A stretch of DNA of 64,000 nucleotides from positions 62,454-126,453 of the forward strand of contig CAVTVC010000009.1 in the NCBI GenBank assembly GCA_963738085.1. The letters run 5' to 3'. Below the pieces are notes generated by a model that did no database searches, was not told where the DNA came from, and worked only from the letters and a program-made list of their open reading frames with translations. The DNA comes from an uncultured Acidobacteriaceae bacterium. Its GTDB lineage: Bacteria; Acidobacteriota; Terriglobia; Terriglobales; Acidobacteriaceae. Below are positions 60,222 through 64,000 of this stretch, piece after piece. The translations under genes and the position numbers were made by a program. Numbering within the stretch: the first letter of the stretch is position 1; each line of letters begins with the position of its first letter.

Positions 60222-60530
60222 TCAGGAGCGATTGCGGCCGTTCGGGACTACTCCCTGGGAGACGGGGTGCACTGAGCCGTAGTGGAGACGACGGGCCGAC
60301 GGTGGATGCCGGAGGGCGGGGATTTGGGTGGCTTCGATGCTGCTGGGAAGCTGGGAAGGCTGGACACCTGAGCTGGATACCGTGTCGCTGGCGATCTGAG
60401 GTTTTGAGGTGCGGACGGAGGCGTCGGCGGAGTTGCAGCCGGAGAGCAGTCCTGCGATAAGGCCAGCGAGGCCCAAGGAGGCAACTTTGAGGAGGCGGCG
60501 TCTGGTACGCGAGGCGGGGAGGAAAGGCAT
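60222..60530 (-). CDS. Possible small Tat-lipoprotein-like hypothetical protein
   Basis: RTRRRLL followed by a hydrophobic stretch and an LSGC lipobox; mature part Ser/Pro-rich. Confidence 0.35.
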   Translation of the reverse strand: MPFLPASRTRRRLLKVASLGLAGLIAGLLSGCNSADASVRTSKPQIASDTVSSSGVQPSQLPSSIEATQIPALRHPPSARRLHYGSVHPVSQGVVPNGRNRS

Positions 60531-60786
60531 GAGCTAGGCTCCAAGGCGGTACATAGAAGCATCAAGAATTGAGGCAAGAGTAGCGGGGGGCATCAAGGGC
60601 GACAATGACACCTTTGGGGGAGTTTCGGAGCTGGGGTTTGGTGGCTGGCTTCGCGGGGATTATTGATAATAAAGAGCTTGCTGGAGATTTGAGTGGACGC
60701 TTCGATTTGGGCTATCTTGAGCGGCATCAAACGATTAGAAGGTGAGGTGTTTGCGAATCCTTTAGGGGAAGAGGAGCATCAGAATA

Positions 60787-60807
60787 CTTGACAGTAAGTG
60801 ACTCAAG
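60787..60807 (+). promoter_or_regulatory. HAIR-like operator (CTTGACA-N7-ACTCAAG) overlapping a TTGACA -35 box of dnaK
   Basis: Read directly; 12/14 match to the HspR consensus CTTGAGT-N7-ACTCAAG with exact spacing. Confidence 0.65.
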
Positions 60808-60870
60808 GTGAGATTCTTGGGCTGGTCAAGAAAAAGCTGAGGGGCTGTGTGCCCCGGAATGAGGTTAGGG

Positions 60871-62794
<1,924 letters not shown>

Positions 62795-63011
62795 GAACCG
62801 AAGGTGATTTTGCAGCGTATTGAAGAGTGAGGGGCGTTCCTGATTGGGTGCCCCTCCTTTTTATAAGTTTCGAATGGGCCGATTGACGTGTAGAGTGCGA
62901 CTTATCAGCCGGAAAGGTGTTGAAGTGAATAGCAGTGATGGGATCGATCGGTACGCGGATTTGCTTTGGCTGGAGAACCTGGAACTCAATCGACTGCTTG
63001 GAGGTAAGGCG

Positions 63012-63182
63012 ATGACCGAGACGATGTGGAGATGCGACCAGGTACGCGCGGGACAGTTGTACAACCGGATGATGTTCGATACGCGTGAAGAGGCTGAGCA
63101 GTTTGTACAGCGGATGCAGCAGATGGAACCGGATCAGATGTTTTCAATTGAAGCGATTGAGGCGCGGCAGGTCTGGAACTAA
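63012..63182 (+). CDS. 56-aa hypothetical protein
   Basis: GGAGGT RBS before ATG 63012; globular-looking sequence MTETMWRCDQVRAGQLYNRMMFDTREEAEQF. Confidence 0.65.
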   Translation: MTETMWRCDQVRAGQLYNRMMFDTREEAEQFVQRMQQMEPDQMFSIEAIEARQVWN

Positions 63183-63221
63183 GGTTTTCTGGTTAGGAAA
63201 ATTAGTTTGATTTTGTAGACG

Positions 63222-63263
63222 GTGGCGACGGTAGTTCTGGGTGTATCCAGTGCCGTCGCCATT
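63222..63263 (+). terminator. Stem-loop followed by T-rich tract
   Basis: GGCGACGG/CCGTCGCC outer arms with an inner CTGG/CCAG stem, then TGTTTTCTGTTTT. Confidence 0.5.
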
Positions 63264-63287
63264 GTTTTCTGTTTTTGAGGAGACGCG

Positions 63288-64000
63288 ATGCCGGAGGGCA
63301 ATGAGATTCATCGATGGGCTGAACGGCATTTTGCTGCGTTAGGCGATGCGCCAGTGCGTGTTGATGGCCCGCAGGGGCGGTTTACTGATGCCGACGTGAT
63401 CGATGGCAGAAAACTGCAGCGGGTGATGGCTGTGGGGAAGCATCTTGGGTATGACTTTGGAAAGGACCGGATTCTGCATGTGCATCTGGGGTTGCAGGGG
63501 GATTTTACGGAGGGCTCGGGGCCGCTGCCGGCGGTGCGCGGGGCGCTGCGGTTGCGCATGTGGAATGCAGCCAAAGTGAAGAAGCCTGCCGGGGCTGGTG
63601 CAAGCAAGCCGCACCGGTGGTATTCGGAGGATGATGGGACAGATAACCTTGCGCCGGAGGAGATTGCCTGGGTTGAGCTGCGCGGGCCGATGGATTGCTC
63701 GATCTATTCGCAGGTGATGTGGGACAAGCTCCTGGCGCGGCTGGGGCCTGATCCGCTGAATGGCGATGGAGCAGAGAGATTTGTGGAGAGAGTGAAGAAG
63801 AGCCGGAAGACGATCGGTGAGTTGTTGATGGATCAGTCGGTGGCGGCGGGGATCGGGAATATCTTTCGTGCTGAATTGCTGTTTCGAGCGCGGTTGAATC
63901 CGTTTTCGCCGGGTAATGCGTTAGAGGAGAGTGCGCTGCGGTCGATATGGAAGGATGCGGGTGTACTGATGAAGGCGGCGATGGTCGACCGGAGGATCGT
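63288..64000 (+). CDS. Fpg/Nei family DNA glycosylase (truncated at window end, not in ORF track)
   Basis: Manual translation: MPEGNEIH (catalytic P-E), GKHL, HLG and H2TH LLMDQSVAAGIGNIFRAELLF. Confidence 0.9.
   Translation, partial: MPEGNEIHRWAERHFAALGDAPVRVDGPQGRFTDADVIDGRKLQRVMAVGKHLGYDFGKDRILHVHLGLQGDFTEGSGPLPAVRGALRLRMWNAAKVKKPAGAGASKPHRWYSEDDGTDNLAPEEIAWVELRGPMDCSIYSQVMWDKLLARLGPDPLNGDGAERFVERVKKSRKTIGELLMDQSVAAGIGNIFRAELLFRARLNPFSPGNALEESALRSIWKDAGVLMKAAMVDRRI

Overview
64 kb of a GC-rich bacterial chromosome, most consistent with Acidobacteriota (Terriglobia). The evidence is the ADOP-type orphan permease, the acidobacterial VWA protein and the typical repeat families. The + strand is strongly G/T-skewed, so it is probably the leading strand. 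Most of the window is housekeeping or metabolic: glpF-glpK-glpD, a split uppS/cdsA/dxr/rseP string, a leucine/HMG-CoA catabolic cluster, pncA, cyaY, ffh, nnr-tsaE, a polyprenyl synthetase, dnaK and an Fpg/Nei glycosylase. An accessory patch at about 42.5-48.8 kb holds an orphan GH24 lysozyme, a cytochrome P460-family gene, a TetR module and a decayed REP-associated tyrosine transposase (RAYT). The strongest non-annotated signal is a palindromic REP family (CCCACATCTC-N6-GAGATRTGGG-GCACCC). It has seven co-oriented copies, brackets the RAYT module as long direct repeats, and has inserted twice, in frame, into a membrane-protein gene. Other notable items are a DUF2092 plus Asn/Gly-repeat secreted protein pair, an HspR-type HAIR operator at dnaK, a perfect 22-bp palindrome at a PadR gene and a possible NPP1/NLP-like secreted protein. 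About 20 single-base frameshifts (manual count), including in dnaK and tsaE, most likely reflect sequence error. I saw no rRNA, tRNA or CRISPR array. All family calls are motif recognition by eye, not database searches.
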